A DNA stretch of 59,650 nucleotides, taken from positions 1-59,650 of the forward strand of contig JADFQV010000004.1 of NCBI GenBank assembly GCA_022561635.1. The letters are read 5' to 3'. This stretch comes from Chloroflexota bacterium (GTDB lineage Bacteria; Chloroflexota; Dehalococcoidia; SM23-28-2; RBG-16-64-32). The stretch's first letter is position 1; each line of letters begins with the position of its first letter. The notes under the pieces were generated by a model, which worked only from the letters and a program-made list of their open reading frames with translations, did no database searches and was not told the DNA's origin. Shown here piece by piece: positions 27,145-39,606 of the stretch. The translations under genes were made by a program, and so were the position numbers.

Positions 27145-27411
27145 TTAGCGGTTCGCCAGCTCGTAGAGGTCGAGCAGCTCGTCGATTACCTGGTCGTCGC
27201 GGCCATCCTTGATGCCCTCGACGACGCAGTTGTGGAGGTGGCCGTCGAGCATCAACTGCTCCATCTTTTCGATGGCGCGGCGAACGGCGAACGTCTGCTT
27301 GAGGACGTCGACGCAATACTTGTCTTCCTCTATCATGCGCCGCACGCCCTGCAGGTGTCCTTCAATGAAGGCCAACCGCTTGAGCACGTCCTGCTGCTTC
27401 TCTGGCTGCAT
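27145..27411 (-). CDS. csoR: Copper-sensing repressor
   Basis: KRLAFIEGHLQGVRRM, YC...HLHNC (Cys-His-Cys Cu(I) fingerprint); heads the copA operon. Confidence 0.9.
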   Translation of the reverse strand: MQPEKQQDVLKRLAFIEGHLQGVRRMIEEDKYCVDVLKQTFAVRRAIEKMEQLMLDGHLHNCVVEGIKDGRDDQVIDELLDLYELANR

Positions 27412-27429
27412 GTGATCTCTCCTATCACC

Positions 27430-27452
27430 CATACCCCCCCGGTGGGGGTCTG
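27430..27452. promoter_or_regulatory. CsoR operator
   Basis: CATACCCCCCCGGTGGGGGTCTG C-tract/G-tract dyad just upstream of csoR. Confidence 0.7.
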
Positions 27453-27586
27453 CACAGCTACCATAGCACCGTCCCGCGTCCGGTGGGAAGTGACGACGCT
27501 CACAAATGCTGGCGAGACTTTGCGGGTCTGGCACAATGGGGCGCTCTCTGACGCCGGTGGACGGAGCCGCGCGCCGAAGCGCCGGC

Positions 27587-28672
27587 CTAAGGCGCGACGA
27601 CGCCCAGCGCTTCGTTGGCGGCGGTCACCGATAGACCCGGAGTGGGGCCGCCGGTAGGCACGTAGATGCGGTCGCCGACGACGGCCGCGCCCATGCCGTG
27701 ACGAGCCGTCGGCAGGGGCGGCATCACCAGCCAGACGCCGGACGCCGCGTCGTACGCTTCGTTTGCATCGAACGTGCCTTCGAGGCCCTCGCCGCCCATC
27801 ACGTAGACGGTGCCGTCGAGCGCGGCGACGGCGAGGCCGCTGCGCGCCGTCGGCAGCGGGGCCAGAGCAGTCCACGCGTCGGTCAGCGGGTCGTATGCCT
27901 CGTTCGCATCCAGGTTCAGTCCGATGTCGACCTCGATCCGCCCGCCGATGACGTAGATGACGCCGTCGACGACTGCGGCACCGAGATGATCCCGGATCGT
28001 TGGCAAAGGCGCGGCCGCGGACCACTCTCCCGTTGCCAGATCCCAAACGTCGACTTCGGCGATGTTTAAGGGGGCATCGACAGGGCCGAAGGTGGCGCCG
28101 CCGATCAGGTAGATCCTGCCGTCAACCTCGGCCACGGCGTGCCCGGCGCGGATGCGCGGCATCTCCGCCACGTCTGCCCACTGATCGGTGGCGGGGTCGT
28201 ACTCGTAGACCGTGCTCGTCGGTGAGCGGAAGGAGACGAGGTAGCCCCCGAAGACGTAGAGCTTGCCGCCGTAGCCGATCGCCGCGGCGTGGTGCCGTGG
28301 CTCCGGCAGTGGCGCCGCCTCTGACCACGAGTCCGTCGCCGGATCGTACACCTCGACCATCGTCCTGGTCGCGCCGCTGGTGTCGAAGCCGCCGATTACG
28401 TATATGCGGCCGTCCAGCTCGCCGACGGCGACTTCGGATCGCGGAGAGGGCATGGGCGCCAGAGAGGTCCAAGCGAGGGAGCCGGGCTCTGCGTCAGTCG
28501 CGCCGAGCGAGGTCGTTGCGCCGGGCGATGAGTCACCGGGCGGTGTGGCGCTGCCTGCGTCGTCGTCGCCGGAGCAGCCGCTGATGGCGACGGCGATCAG
28601 GATCAGGGCCGGCAGCAGCGCCCTCGATACCACCAGACCTGACGATTTGAAGGCGGCGGGGAGACGAGGCAC
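27587..28672 (-). CDS. Kelch-repeat beta-propeller lipoprotein
   Basis: Lipobox AISGC; six repeats of P.R...A...G.IYV.GG...YDP...W. Confidence 0.9.
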   Translation of the reverse strand: MPRLPAAFKSSGLVVSRALLPALILIAVAISGCSGDDDAGSATPPGDSSPGATTSLGATDAEPGSLAWTSLAPMPSPRSEVAVGELDGRIYVIGGFDTSGATRTMVEVYDPATDSWSEAAPLPEPRHHAAAIGYGGKLYVFGGYLVSFRSPTSTVYEYDPATDQWADVAEMPRIRAGHAVAEVDGRIYLIGGATFGPVDAPLNIAEVDVWDLATGEWSAAAPLPTIRDHLGAAVVDGVIYVIGGRIEVDIGLNLDANEAYDPLTDAWTALAPLPTARSGLAVAALDGTVYVMGGEGLEGTFDANEAYDAASGVWLVMPPLPTARHGMGAAVVGDRIYVPTGGPTPGLSVTAANEALGVVAP

Positions 28673-28748
28673 CTCCGCATTGTACGGCCCTCGGGGCGCC
28701 GACGTACCCTTAGTGAGAGCTTCCTACTCTCATTAGTGTCGACTCTAA

Positions 28749-29531
28749 GTGTTGGAGGTCAGATTGCCTAAGCGAGCGAGACGCCGAAGATATACAAAGA
28801 GCACCGGCCCGACTGCATCAAGACTACTCATCTCGATCGCCGGCATCGCCGTGGTCGCCATTCTCGTGCTCGCCGCCGGATGGTGGTTCTTCGTCCGCAG
28901 CGACGCCAAGCTGGCCACCGGGCCGCCGGCTATTCCAGAGGATCTAATCGACGCCAGCGATGCGCCCGGCGCCGACGGCGACGGCACGGACTTACTCACT
29001 TTCCGCATCATCGCCGACCGCTCCGAGGCAGCGTACTTCGTCGGCGAGCAGCTCGCATCGCTGAGCATACCCTCGACCGCCTCGGGCACGACTGGCGATG
29101 TCGGGGGTGAGTTCCACCTGACACCGGACGGCACAGCGCTGGCAGCGGATACGACGTCGCAGTTCACGATCGGCCTGACGTCGCTCCGGAGCGATGAGTC
29201 AATCCGCGACAACCGGGTGCAAGGCGCGCTGGAGACGGGTCTCTTCCCGACGGCGACGTTCACGTTCACGAGCTTCACGGGATACGACCCGTTGATTCCC
29301 GAGGGTGAGCAGCAGGACATCCGGCTCACCGGCACGCTCGACCTGCACGGAGTCCAACGTGAGGTGACCTGGAAGGTGGAGCTGCTGCGTCAGGCGAACG
29401 TGATCACGGCGCTGGCCACTGTCACGATCGCCTTCGCTGACTACGGCATCACGCCGCCAAGCGTCGGCGGCTTCACCCTGGTCGGGAACGACGCAACGCT
29501 GCAGGTGCAACTGGTGGCGGAGACGATCTAG
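28749..29531 (+). CDS. YceI-family protein with N-terminal anchor (start uncertain)
   Basis: SLRSDESIRDNR, FPTATF, GTLDLHGVQREV, FADYGITPP. Confidence 0.85.
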   Translation: MLEVRLPKRARRRRYTKSTGPTASRLLISIAGIAVVAILVLAAGWWFFVRSDAKLATGPPAIPEDLIDASDAPGADGDGTDLLTFRIIADRSEAAYFVGEQLASLSIPSTASGTTGDVGGEFHLTPDGTALAADTTSQFTIGLTSLRSDESIRDNRVQGALETGLFPTATFTFTSFTGYDPLIPEGEQQDIRLTGTLDLHGVQREVTWKVELLRQANVITALATVTIAFADYGITPPSVGGFTLVGNDATLQVQLVAETI

Positions 29532-29564
29532 CACTGCCTCCGGCGGCCAGGGACGGGGCGTTCG

Positions 29565-30605
29565 CTACTTTGAGGGATCCAGCAGGACCTTCACGCAGTT
29601 GTCCTCGCGCTTGGTGAAGATGTCGTATCCGTGCGCCGCATCTGACATCGGCAGCCGATGGGTGATGATCTGCGAGGGGTCGGCCTTGCCTTCCTGGATC
29701 ATCCCCATCAGATCGCCCATGTAGCGCTTGACCGGGCACATGCCGATCTTGAACGTGATGTCGCGCATGAACGAGAAGAACATCGGGAACGGGAACTCGG
29801 GCTCTGTGTACATGCCAACGGCGCTGATCGTGCCCGCCGGCCGCACGTAGTTCCAGCAGTCCTTGAGCGAAGCCTCGAGACCGACCGCCTCGAGGACGAC
29901 GTCAGCGCCGCGACCGTCTGTGGCGTCGCGGATGATCGCCTTGGCGTCCTCCTTGGACATGTTGATCGGCGTGGCGCCGATCTTCTTCGCCATCGCCAGG
30001 CGCTCCGGCATCCGGTCGATGGCGAACACCTGCTTGGGCTCAAACGTCAGCGCTCCCATCTGCGCGAAGAGACCGACCGGCCCCGACCCGACGACAGCCA
30101 CCGTGTCGCCCGGCTTGATGTCGCCGCGGTCGGCGGCGAAGTAGCCGGTGGAGAAGATGTCGCCGACGAAGATCGCTTTCTCATCGCTAAGCCCGTCCGG
30201 CACTTTCTCCAGCGTGTAGTGACCGTTGGGCACGCGCAGGAACTCTGCCTGGGCGCCGGCCAGCTGCATGAAGCCAAACGTCTGCTGCTGCGTGCAGACG
30301 CTGGGCCAGCCGCTCTTGCAGTAGTAGCAGTCGCCGCAGGAGGAGACGAACGAGCCGACGACGCGGTCGCCCGGATTGAAGTTGCTGATGCCCGCGCCCG
30401 TCTCGACGACTTCGCCGATGTACTCGTGGCCGATGGTCCAGCCGGTCCCGGGCAGCGGCATGCGGCCGTCATAGACGTGCATGTCGGAGCCGCAGATGGC
30501 CGCAGACGTGACCTTGATGATGACGTCGTTGGCGTCCTGGATCGCTGGATCGTCCACGTTCTCGACCTTGATGTCGAAGGGTCCATGGAATGTCACGGCG
30601 CGCAT
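29565..30605 (-). CDS. Zn-dependent alcohol dehydrogenase (formaldehyde dehydrogenase-like)
   Basis: ICGSDMH, GHE, CGDCYYC..C, GSGPVG. Confidence 0.92.
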   Translation of the reverse strand: MRAVTFHGPFDIKVENVDDPAIQDANDVIIKVTSAAICGSDMHVYDGRMPLPGTGWTIGHEYIGEVVETGAGISNFNPGDRVVGSFVSSCGDCYYCKSGWPSVCTQQQTFGFMQLAGAQAEFLRVPNGHYTLEKVPDGLSDEKAIFVGDIFSTGYFAADRGDIKPGDTVAVVGSGPVGLFAQMGALTFEPKQVFAIDRMPERLAMAKKIGATPINMSKEDAKAIIRDATDGRGADVVLEAVGLEASLKDCWNYVRPAGTISAVGMYTEPEFPFPMFFSFMRDITFKIGMCPVKRYMGDLMGMIQEGKADPSQIITHRLPMSDAAHGYDIFTKREDNCVKVLLDPSK

Positions 30606-30679
30606 GAGGCGTTCCTCCTAGTATTCGTTTCGAGCGTGTTGAGGATACGCGCAGACGGTAACGCCGACAAGACGGGCGA

Positions 30680-31395
30680 CTACTCGGGGTCTTCCGGAAT
30701 CAGGAGGGCGAACTCCGCTGGCAGCATGATCCCGCGCGAGAGTTCGCCTGTCTCCGGCCAGTACGCACGAACCACGATCGTGCCGTCCTTGAGTTGGAAC
30801 TCGACCTGGTACTGGTCGAGTTCCGCGTGCTCGCGGTCCGCGTGATCGGCCGCGGAGTCCAGCACCATGCCAACGATCGACGTTATTTCGTCAGCATCGC
30901 GAACATCGGTCGATCGGCTGCCGCCCGACGTCGACCGCACGCGGAAGAGCGTCACCTTGCCACGAATGTCGAGGATGTCGGCGCCCGTCTCGGCGTTCGG
31001 GTTCGTGCTGGCCTCGTAGACCGTGAAGCCGTCACCGGTAGGGCTTTCCGCCGTCACCCGGAACGATGGTGCGTAGTCCTGCAGCGAGTAGATGGGCGTG
31101 CCCGGATCGAGAAAGGCGGCGTCACCGTCCTTACTTTGTAGCGGAGCCCGGCGCTCCCGGACAGTCGACAGCTCACCTCGGCGATCTGCTTGCCTGGGAC
31201 GGGCGGCTCAACCCAGTCGATGTCGCCGGACGATCCCGGCTCGCCCGCCGGGCAGTCGCGCGGCTCCGCCGACGCCGTCGCGGTTTCGGCATCAGGCACC
31301 GCCGTCGGGGACAGGCCGTCGCCGCCAGTGCAGCTCACGAGCGCCGCCGCCGCAAGAGCGACAAACGGTGGGAGCAGGCGCGTCATCATTCTCAC
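30680..31395 (-). pseudogene. Frameshifted lipoprotein gene (two ORFs joined by a -1 shift near 31135)
   Basis: ORF1 has lipobox LVSC...IDWV...RYK; the alternate frame continues KDGDAAFLDPGTPIYSLQDYAPSFRV directly into the 30680-31057 ORF. Confidence 0.65.
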
Positions 31396-31405
31396 CCACT
31401 ACGGG

Positions 31406-31431
31406 GACGGATGCCGCACCAGATTGGTTCC
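31406..31431 (-). promoter_or_regulatory. Putative ECF sigma promoter
   Basis: GGAACC-16 bp-CGTC just upstream of the lipoprotein start. Confidence 0.5.
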
Positions 31432-31447
31432 CGCTGCTGGAGTGAGG

Positions 31448-31756
31448 TCAGCCGATGCGCTCGACGAAGACCTTCATCACGCCGCCGCAGATCTTGTCTT
31501 CGCCGTCGATCGGGTTGGTGAGATCGACGTCGACGAGGCGCGGGCGACCGTCCTTGTGCGTCTCCATCGCCTCGTAGATCACCTCCGCCTCGCCACAGCC
31601 GCCACCGATCGTGCCGCAGAACGTGCCGTCGGCGCGCACCAGCAGCCGCGCCCCCGGCCGGCGCGGCGTCGAGCCTCGCGTCTCGGCCACGGTAGCCACG
31701 ACGACAGCCTCACCGGCGCCGAGGGAACGTTGGATCTCGCGGAACACTTCGTCCAT
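31448..31756 (-). CDS. Small XdhC/CoxI-domain protein
   Basis: TRGSTPRRPGARLLV...GTIGGGCGE...ICGG. Confidence 0.88.
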   Translation of the reverse strand: MDEVFREIQRSLGAGEAVVVATVAETRGSTPRRPGARLLVRADGTFCGTIGGGCGEAEVIYEAMETHKDGRPRLVDVDLTNPIDGEDKICGGVMKVFVERIG

Positions 31757-31797
31757 ACCCATATATTATGCAGCGAGAAGACGAAGGGAGTGAAACT

Positions 31798-32313
31798 ATG
31801 ACCCAGCAGGAGACACCGAGCCCGCCGCCGACGAACGTCGTAGGCGACTTCAACGAGATCGCCGAGGAGTTCACGAAGCGAGTCAGCCGCATCGTCTGGT
31901 GCACGGTAGCCACTGTGGACACGAAGGACCGCCCGCGTACGCGCCTTCTGCACCCGATCTGGGAGACGGACGGCGGGCTCGTCGGCCACATCGCCACCGG
32001 CCGCCACTCGCTCAAGGAGAAGCACATCGCGCGCAACGCCAACGTCTCGCTGACGTACTGGGACCAGGGGCAGGAGCAGGTCTACGTCGACGGGACGGCG
32101 AGTTGGGCCGACGACGCAGCTGAGAAGCGCCGCATCTGGGACCTCTTCAAGGACACGCCCCCACCCTACGGCTACGATCCAGCGATGATCTGGCCAGACG
32201 GCGTCGAGAGCGCGGAGTTCGGCGTCCTCACGCTGACGCCCCGCCGCGTCGAGCTATACGGCCTCGCGGACCTGATGGCGGGAAGACCGCCGACGGTCTG
32301 GCGCGCGGGCTAG
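31798..32313 (+). CDS. Pyridoxamine 5'-phosphate oxidase-like (split-barrel flavin/F420-binding) protein
   Basis: WCTVATVD...PRTRLLHPIWE...SLKEKHIARNANVSLTYW. Confidence 0.82.
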   Translation: MTQQETPSPPPTNVVGDFNEIAEEFTKRVSRIVWCTVATVDTKDRPRTRLLHPIWETDGGLVGHIATGRHSLKEKHIARNANVSLTYWDQGQEQVYVDGTASWADDAAEKRRIWDLFKDTPPPYGYDPAMIWPDGVESAEFGVLTLTPRRVELYGLADLMAGRPPTVWRAG

Positions 32314-32329
32314 GCGTCTCCTGCTCAGA

Positions 32330-34546
<2,217 letters not shown>

Positions 34547-34668
34547 CTAGTCGTGAGTGCACCCGGAGGCTCATGCTCGGCCTGTTGGCCCGGATGACTT
34601 AGGCAGACCCAACGGCCGGGCCGCGAAGTCTCCGTTCCGGCGTATTGTATCGCAGATCAAGGGTCTCT

Positions 34669-35046
34669 TTATCGGGCAATGCCCACGGCACCAGCGTGCG
34701 CCGCTGCGAAGGCCGCGAAGCCGATCGCCAGGCTGAGCACGACGTACAGCCCCGACCGCAGCGGATCGTCGTCGCGGACGTAATGCCAGCCCTCGTAGAT
34801 GAACGTCGAGAACGTCGTCATCGCGCCGAGAAAGCCCACCGTGAGGAACGTTCTTACGTCCGGCGAAAAGGCATCGCGCTCCTCGACCAGGCCCAACACG
34901 ACGCCGAGCAGCGCGCAGCCGAGCACGTTGACACCCAGGGTTCCCCAGGGAAACCCGATCCCCAGCTCGCCGTACAGCCGCACCGCCAGCAGATAGCGCG
35001 CGACTGCGCCCAGCGCGCCGCCCGCCGCCACCGCCAGTAGCGTCAC
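34669..35046 (-). CDS. crcB: Fluoride channel
   Basis: GGALGAVARY, FPWGTLGVN, GFLGAMTTFSTF. Confidence 0.93.
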   Translation of the reverse strand: MTLLAVAAGGALGAVARYLLAVRLYGELGIGFPWGTLGVNVLGCALLGVVLGLVEERDAFSPDVRTFLTVGFLGAMTTFSTFIYEGWHYVRDDDPLRSGLYVVLSLAIGFAAFAAAHAGAVGIAR

Positions 35047-35861
35047 TCGCCGCGGCCTTCGCTGAGGGAACGGCCGTGGCCGCCGCGCTGCAGGAGGATG
35101 ATCTCGGCCATCACGCTGACGGCGATCTCTGCCGGCGACTCGGCACCGATGTCGAGGCCGATGGGCGTGTGCACCTTCGCCACCTCTTCCGGGTCTGCGC
35201 CATCCTCAACGAGATGTTTGAGCACGGCCTTCGCCCGCCGCCGCGAGCCGATCATGCCAACGTAAGCAGCGCCGCGGCCGATGACGCCGCGCAGACTGGC
35301 CTCGTCGTGCTTGTGGCCGCGCGTCACAGCGACGACGTAGGTCGTGCTGTCCAGCGGGTAGTCCGCCAGCACCTCGTCAAAGCGGCCGCGGATCACTCTC
35401 TCGGCCTCCGGGAAGCGCTCCGGGTCGGCGTACTCCGGCCGGTCGTCGATCACGGTGACGCGGAAGCCACAGAGGCTGGCGATCTCGGACAGCGCCTTGC
35501 CCACGTGGCCACCGCCGGCGATGACCAGCGCGCACGACTGTTCGTGCACCTCGACCATCACCTGGAACGCCTCGCCGGCTGCCTCGCGGCGGCTCTGCTC
35601 CTCGCCAGCGGACGAGAGATAGAGCGTGTGCACGCGGTGGCGCCGAAACGCCCCCCCTGCGCCCGCCGTGATCACCGAATCGAGCGCGGCCACACCAAGC
35701 GATCCGAAAGTGGAGCCGTCGGTCCGCACCAGCAGCTTCGCACCGACGTGCTCTCCCTGGCCGTCGGGCGCGGCCATCACGGTGGCCACGAGGACGGGAT
35801 TGCCGCCCTCCAGCGCACCCACGACCTGTTCGGCGATGCGGGCTTCCAGTGAATCCGCCAT
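35043..35861 (-). CDS. XdhC-family protein (Rossmann domain)
   Basis: GGGHVG, DDRPEYA, TRGHKHD, YVGMIGSRRR, PIGLDIGAESPAEIA. Confidence 0.9.
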   Translation of the reverse strand: MADSLEARIAEQVVGALEGGNPVLVATVMAAPDGQGEHVGAKLLVRTDGSTFGSLGVAALDSVITAGAGGAFRRHRVHTLYLSSAGEEQSRREAAGEAFQVMVEVHEQSCALVIAGGGHVGKALSEIASLCGFRVTVIDDRPEYADPERFPEAERVIRGRFDEVLADYPLDSTTYVVAVTRGHKHDEASLRGVIGRGAAYVGMIGSRRRAKAVLKHLVEDGADPEEVAKVHTPIGLDIGAESPAEIAVSVMAEIILLQRGGHGRSLSEGRGE

Positions 35862-35869
35862 CTCAGGCT

Positions 35870-36265
35870 CTACGCACCCGCCCGGTCGACCGTAAACGCC
35901 AGGAACTCGATGCGGTTGCCGCCGGGGTCGCGGGCGAAGAAGCGCGCCCGGCCCTCTATCGGGATCGCTTCCTCCAGTTCGCAGCCGGCGGCGCTGAGGC
36001 GCTTCCGCAGACCATCGAGGTCGTTCGTGACAAGCGCCGGGTGCCTGTCGCTCAATTCGGGCTCGCCATCGGGGTCTGTCTCGAAGCGAAGGTGCAGCTC
36101 CTGATCGCCGATGCGATACCAGACGCCCGTTCGTCCAGCGTCGGAGAGCGATTGCGGACGCCGCATCTCCTCGAGGCCGAGCAGCTCGCCGTAGAAGCGC
36201 CTCGCCTCGTCAGCCAGGGCGGCCGGAACGATCATCTGCACGTGCTGAAGACTGACGATGCTCAT
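35870..36265 (-). CDS. VOC/glyoxalase family protein
   Basis: QHVQM, RFYGELLGL, HPAL, RDPGGNRIE. Confidence 0.88.
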   Translation of the reverse strand: MSIVSLQHVQMIVPAALADEARRFYGELLGLEEMRRPQSLSDAGRTGVWYRIGDQELHLRFETDPDGEPELSDRHPALVTNDLDGLRKRLSAAGCELEEAIPIEGRARFFARDPGGNRIEFLAFTVDRAGA

Positions 36266-36274
36266 GACGAGCCC

Positions 36275-37357
<1,083 letters not shown>

Positions 37358-37407
37358 TACGCCTCGCAGCGTAAGAGCGATGCGTCGCGAGGGTCAAGGA
37401 AGGCCGC

Positions 37408-37453
37408 TTGACACTCCGGGGTGCGCGGTTACCATAGTGACCGATCAGTCACT
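37408..37453 (+). promoter_or_regulatory. P450 promoter with TetR-type palindromic operator
   Basis: TTGACA-16-TACCAT followed by AGTGACCGATCAGTCACT (37436-37453). Confidence 0.65.
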
Positions 37454-37491
37454 TGGGCCATAAACGCGGCCGCCGAAGGGAGATCTCGACA

Positions 37492-38709
37492 ATGGTGACA
37501 GCGGAATTCAATCCGTTAACCCCAGAAGCCCTGGCAGACCCCTACCCGATGTACCGGGAGCTGCTGGCGCACAACCCGGTCTCCTGGAACTCCACGTTTC
37601 AGACGTGGGTCTTCACGCGCTACGAAGACGTTGACGCCATCCTTACCCACCAGCAGACATCAGCCGACCGTCGCAGCGGCTCCAATTCGTTCGCCGAGAT
37701 GCAGCGCAAGTACATCGAAGAGCATCCGGAGGACCTCTTCGTTCGCGCCCCGACGATGCTGACGGCTGACCCACCCGAGCACACTCGTCTGCGCCGCCTG
37801 GTCAGCAAGGCGTTCACGCCGCGCGCCGTCGAGAACTTGCGCCCGCGCATCCAGAGTATCGTCGACGAGATTCTTGACGACGTCGCCGGCGACGGCGAGA
37901 TGGACCTCGTGCAGACGGTCGGTTACCCGCTGCCGGTGATCGTCATCGCCGAGATGCTCGGCGTGCCCACGAAGGACCGTGCGAAATTCAAAGAGTGGTC
38001 CGATGACATCGTGGCGACGCTCGGTGGCCCCTTCACGCCGCAAGACGTGCTGCAAGCGGCCGAGAAGGCGCGGCACGCCCTCGTCGAGTATCTCTCCGGC
38101 GTGATCGAGGAACGCCGCAAGGACCCGCAAGACGACTTGATCAGCGGCCTCATCGCCGCCGAGGACGAAGGCACCGCCCTGAGCACACAGGAGATCTACT
38201 CGACGACGATCCTTCTCCTCGTCGCCGGCAACGAGACGACGACCCACCTGATCGACAACGGCATGCTGGCCCTGCTCAAGAACCCGGAGCAGATGCAGCT
38301 ACTGCGGGACGACCCGTCGCTGATCAAGTCCGCCGTCGAGGAGCTGTTGCGCTTCATCGGCCCCGTCCAGGCCACCGGCCGCACTTTCACGGAGGACGCG
38401 GAGATCGGTGGCCAGGCGCTAAAGGCGCGCGAATCGACCCTCGTCCTCCTGGGCGCCGCCAATCACGATCCCGCGAAGTGGGGCGACAACGCCGACAAGC
38501 TGGACGTGACGCGAAATCCCGTCGACCACGTCGGCCTTGGCGACGGCATCCACTTCTGCCTGGGCGCCCCGCTGGCCCGCGCCGAGGCGCAGATCACCAT
38601 CAGCACCCTGCTCGAACGCTTCCCGAAACTCAAGCTGGCCGTCGACGAGCCGGAGTGGGGCGGAACGTTCATCATCCGCGGCGTGAAAAGCCTGCCGCTG
38701 ACGTTCTAA
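37492..38709 (+). CDS. Cytochrome P450
   Basis: DPPEHTRLR, AGNETT, EELLR, GDGIHFCLGAPLAR heme Cys. Confidence 0.96.
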   Translation: MVTAEFNPLTPEALADPYPMYRELLAHNPVSWNSTFQTWVFTRYEDVDAILTHQQTSADRRSGSNSFAEMQRKYIEEHPEDLFVRAPTMLTADPPEHTRLRRLVSKAFTPRAVENLRPRIQSIVDEILDDVAGDGEMDLVQTVGYPLPVIVIAEMLGVPTKDRAKFKEWSDDIVATLGGPFTPQDVLQAAEKARHALVEYLSGVIEERRKDPQDDLISGLIAAEDEGTALSTQEIYSTTILLLVAGNETTTHLIDNGMLALLKNPEQMQLLRDDPSLIKSAVEELLRFIGPVQATGRTFTEDAEIGGQALKARESTLVLLGAANHDPAKWGDNADKLDVTRNPVDHVGLGDGIHFCLGAPLARAEAQITISTLLERFPKLKLAVDEPEWGGTFIIRGVKSLPLTF

Positions 38710-38729
38710 CGCGACCTCTCACAGGCGTG

Positions 38730-38765
38730 AAAGAAAACCGCCCCACCGTTATGGTGGGGCGGTTT
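38730..38765 (-). terminator. Intrinsic terminator (13-bp stem; U-tract on minus strand, possibly bidirectional)
   Basis: AAACCGCCCCACC-GTTAT-GGTGGGGCGGTTT preceded by an A-rich run on plus. Confidence 0.75.
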
Positions 38766-38928
38766 CGGTTACTTGTCGTCACAGGACACCTTGCCGGAGA
38801 CATCCTGTGACGAGCCCAAAAGGGAGGGTTTGGGACCATAAATACAGACGGCGGCCCCAACCCTCCGTTACAAGCCTCACGCGCCTTCACAGAGTCTCAA
38901 CGCCGCGTCTGGCACCAGCGTAACGGCC

Positions 38929-39606
38929 ATGCGACTATACCTGTTGCACATGATGAGGGTTGGCAGATTGGACGAGCGCAGGCCTCTTCTGCGGGGCTAC
39001 TTTCACCTCGCCGCCGCGCTGGCGGCCGTAGTAGGTTGCGTCGTCCTCGTCATCCTCGCCGACACACCGCGTGCCTACGTCGGCGGCGCCGTCTTCGCGG
39101 TCAGCCTGATAGCCCTCTACACGATCAGCGCCACCTATCACACGATCACCTGGGGTCGCCGCGCACACGCCGTCCTCAAGCGTCTCGACCACGCGATGAT
39201 CTTCGTGCTCATCGCCGGCACCTACACCCCGCTCTGCCTGCTGGCCGCCAGCGACCCTTGGGGCCTCAGAATTTTGGCCATCGTCTGGTCCATCGCCGCT
39301 GTCGGAATCGTGCTCAAGCTCGTCTGGCCGGGCGCGCCACGCTGGCTCGGCGTCGGGCTCTACCTGGCGACCGGCTGGGTCGCGCTCGTGGCGGCGACTG
39401 AGCTGACCGACTGGTTCGCGCTCGTGCCGCTCCTCTTGCTCGCCGGCGGCGGCTTGCTCTACTCGGCCGGCGGCGTGATCTACGCCTTACGCCGGCCGGA
39501 CCCGTTCCCTAGCGTCTTCGGCTACCACGAAGTCTTCCATGTCCTCGTCATCGGCGGCAGCGTCCTGCACTACTCGCTCATCGCCGGCTACCTGATGACG
39601 TCCTAG
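38929..39606 (+). CDS. Hemolysin III / PAQR (TrhA) family membrane protein
   Basis: LRGYFH, SATYH, RLDHAMIFVLIAGTYTP, FGYHEVFH. Confidence 0.92.
   Translation: MRLYLLHMMRVGRLDERRPLLRGYFHLAAALAAVVGCVVLVILADTPRAYVGGAVFAVSLIALYTISATYHTITWGRRAHAVLKRLDHAMIFVLIAGTYTPLCLLAASDPWGLRILAIVWSIAAVGIVLKLVWPGAPRWLGVGLYLATGWVALVAATELTDWFALVPLLLLAGGGLLYSAGGVIYALRRPDPFPSVFGYHEVFHVLVIGGSVLHYSLIAGYLMTS

Noticed and set aside
27587-28460. Repetitive DNA that might be an array
   Set aside because: Explained by protein-level Kelch repeats; no identical repeats with unique spacers
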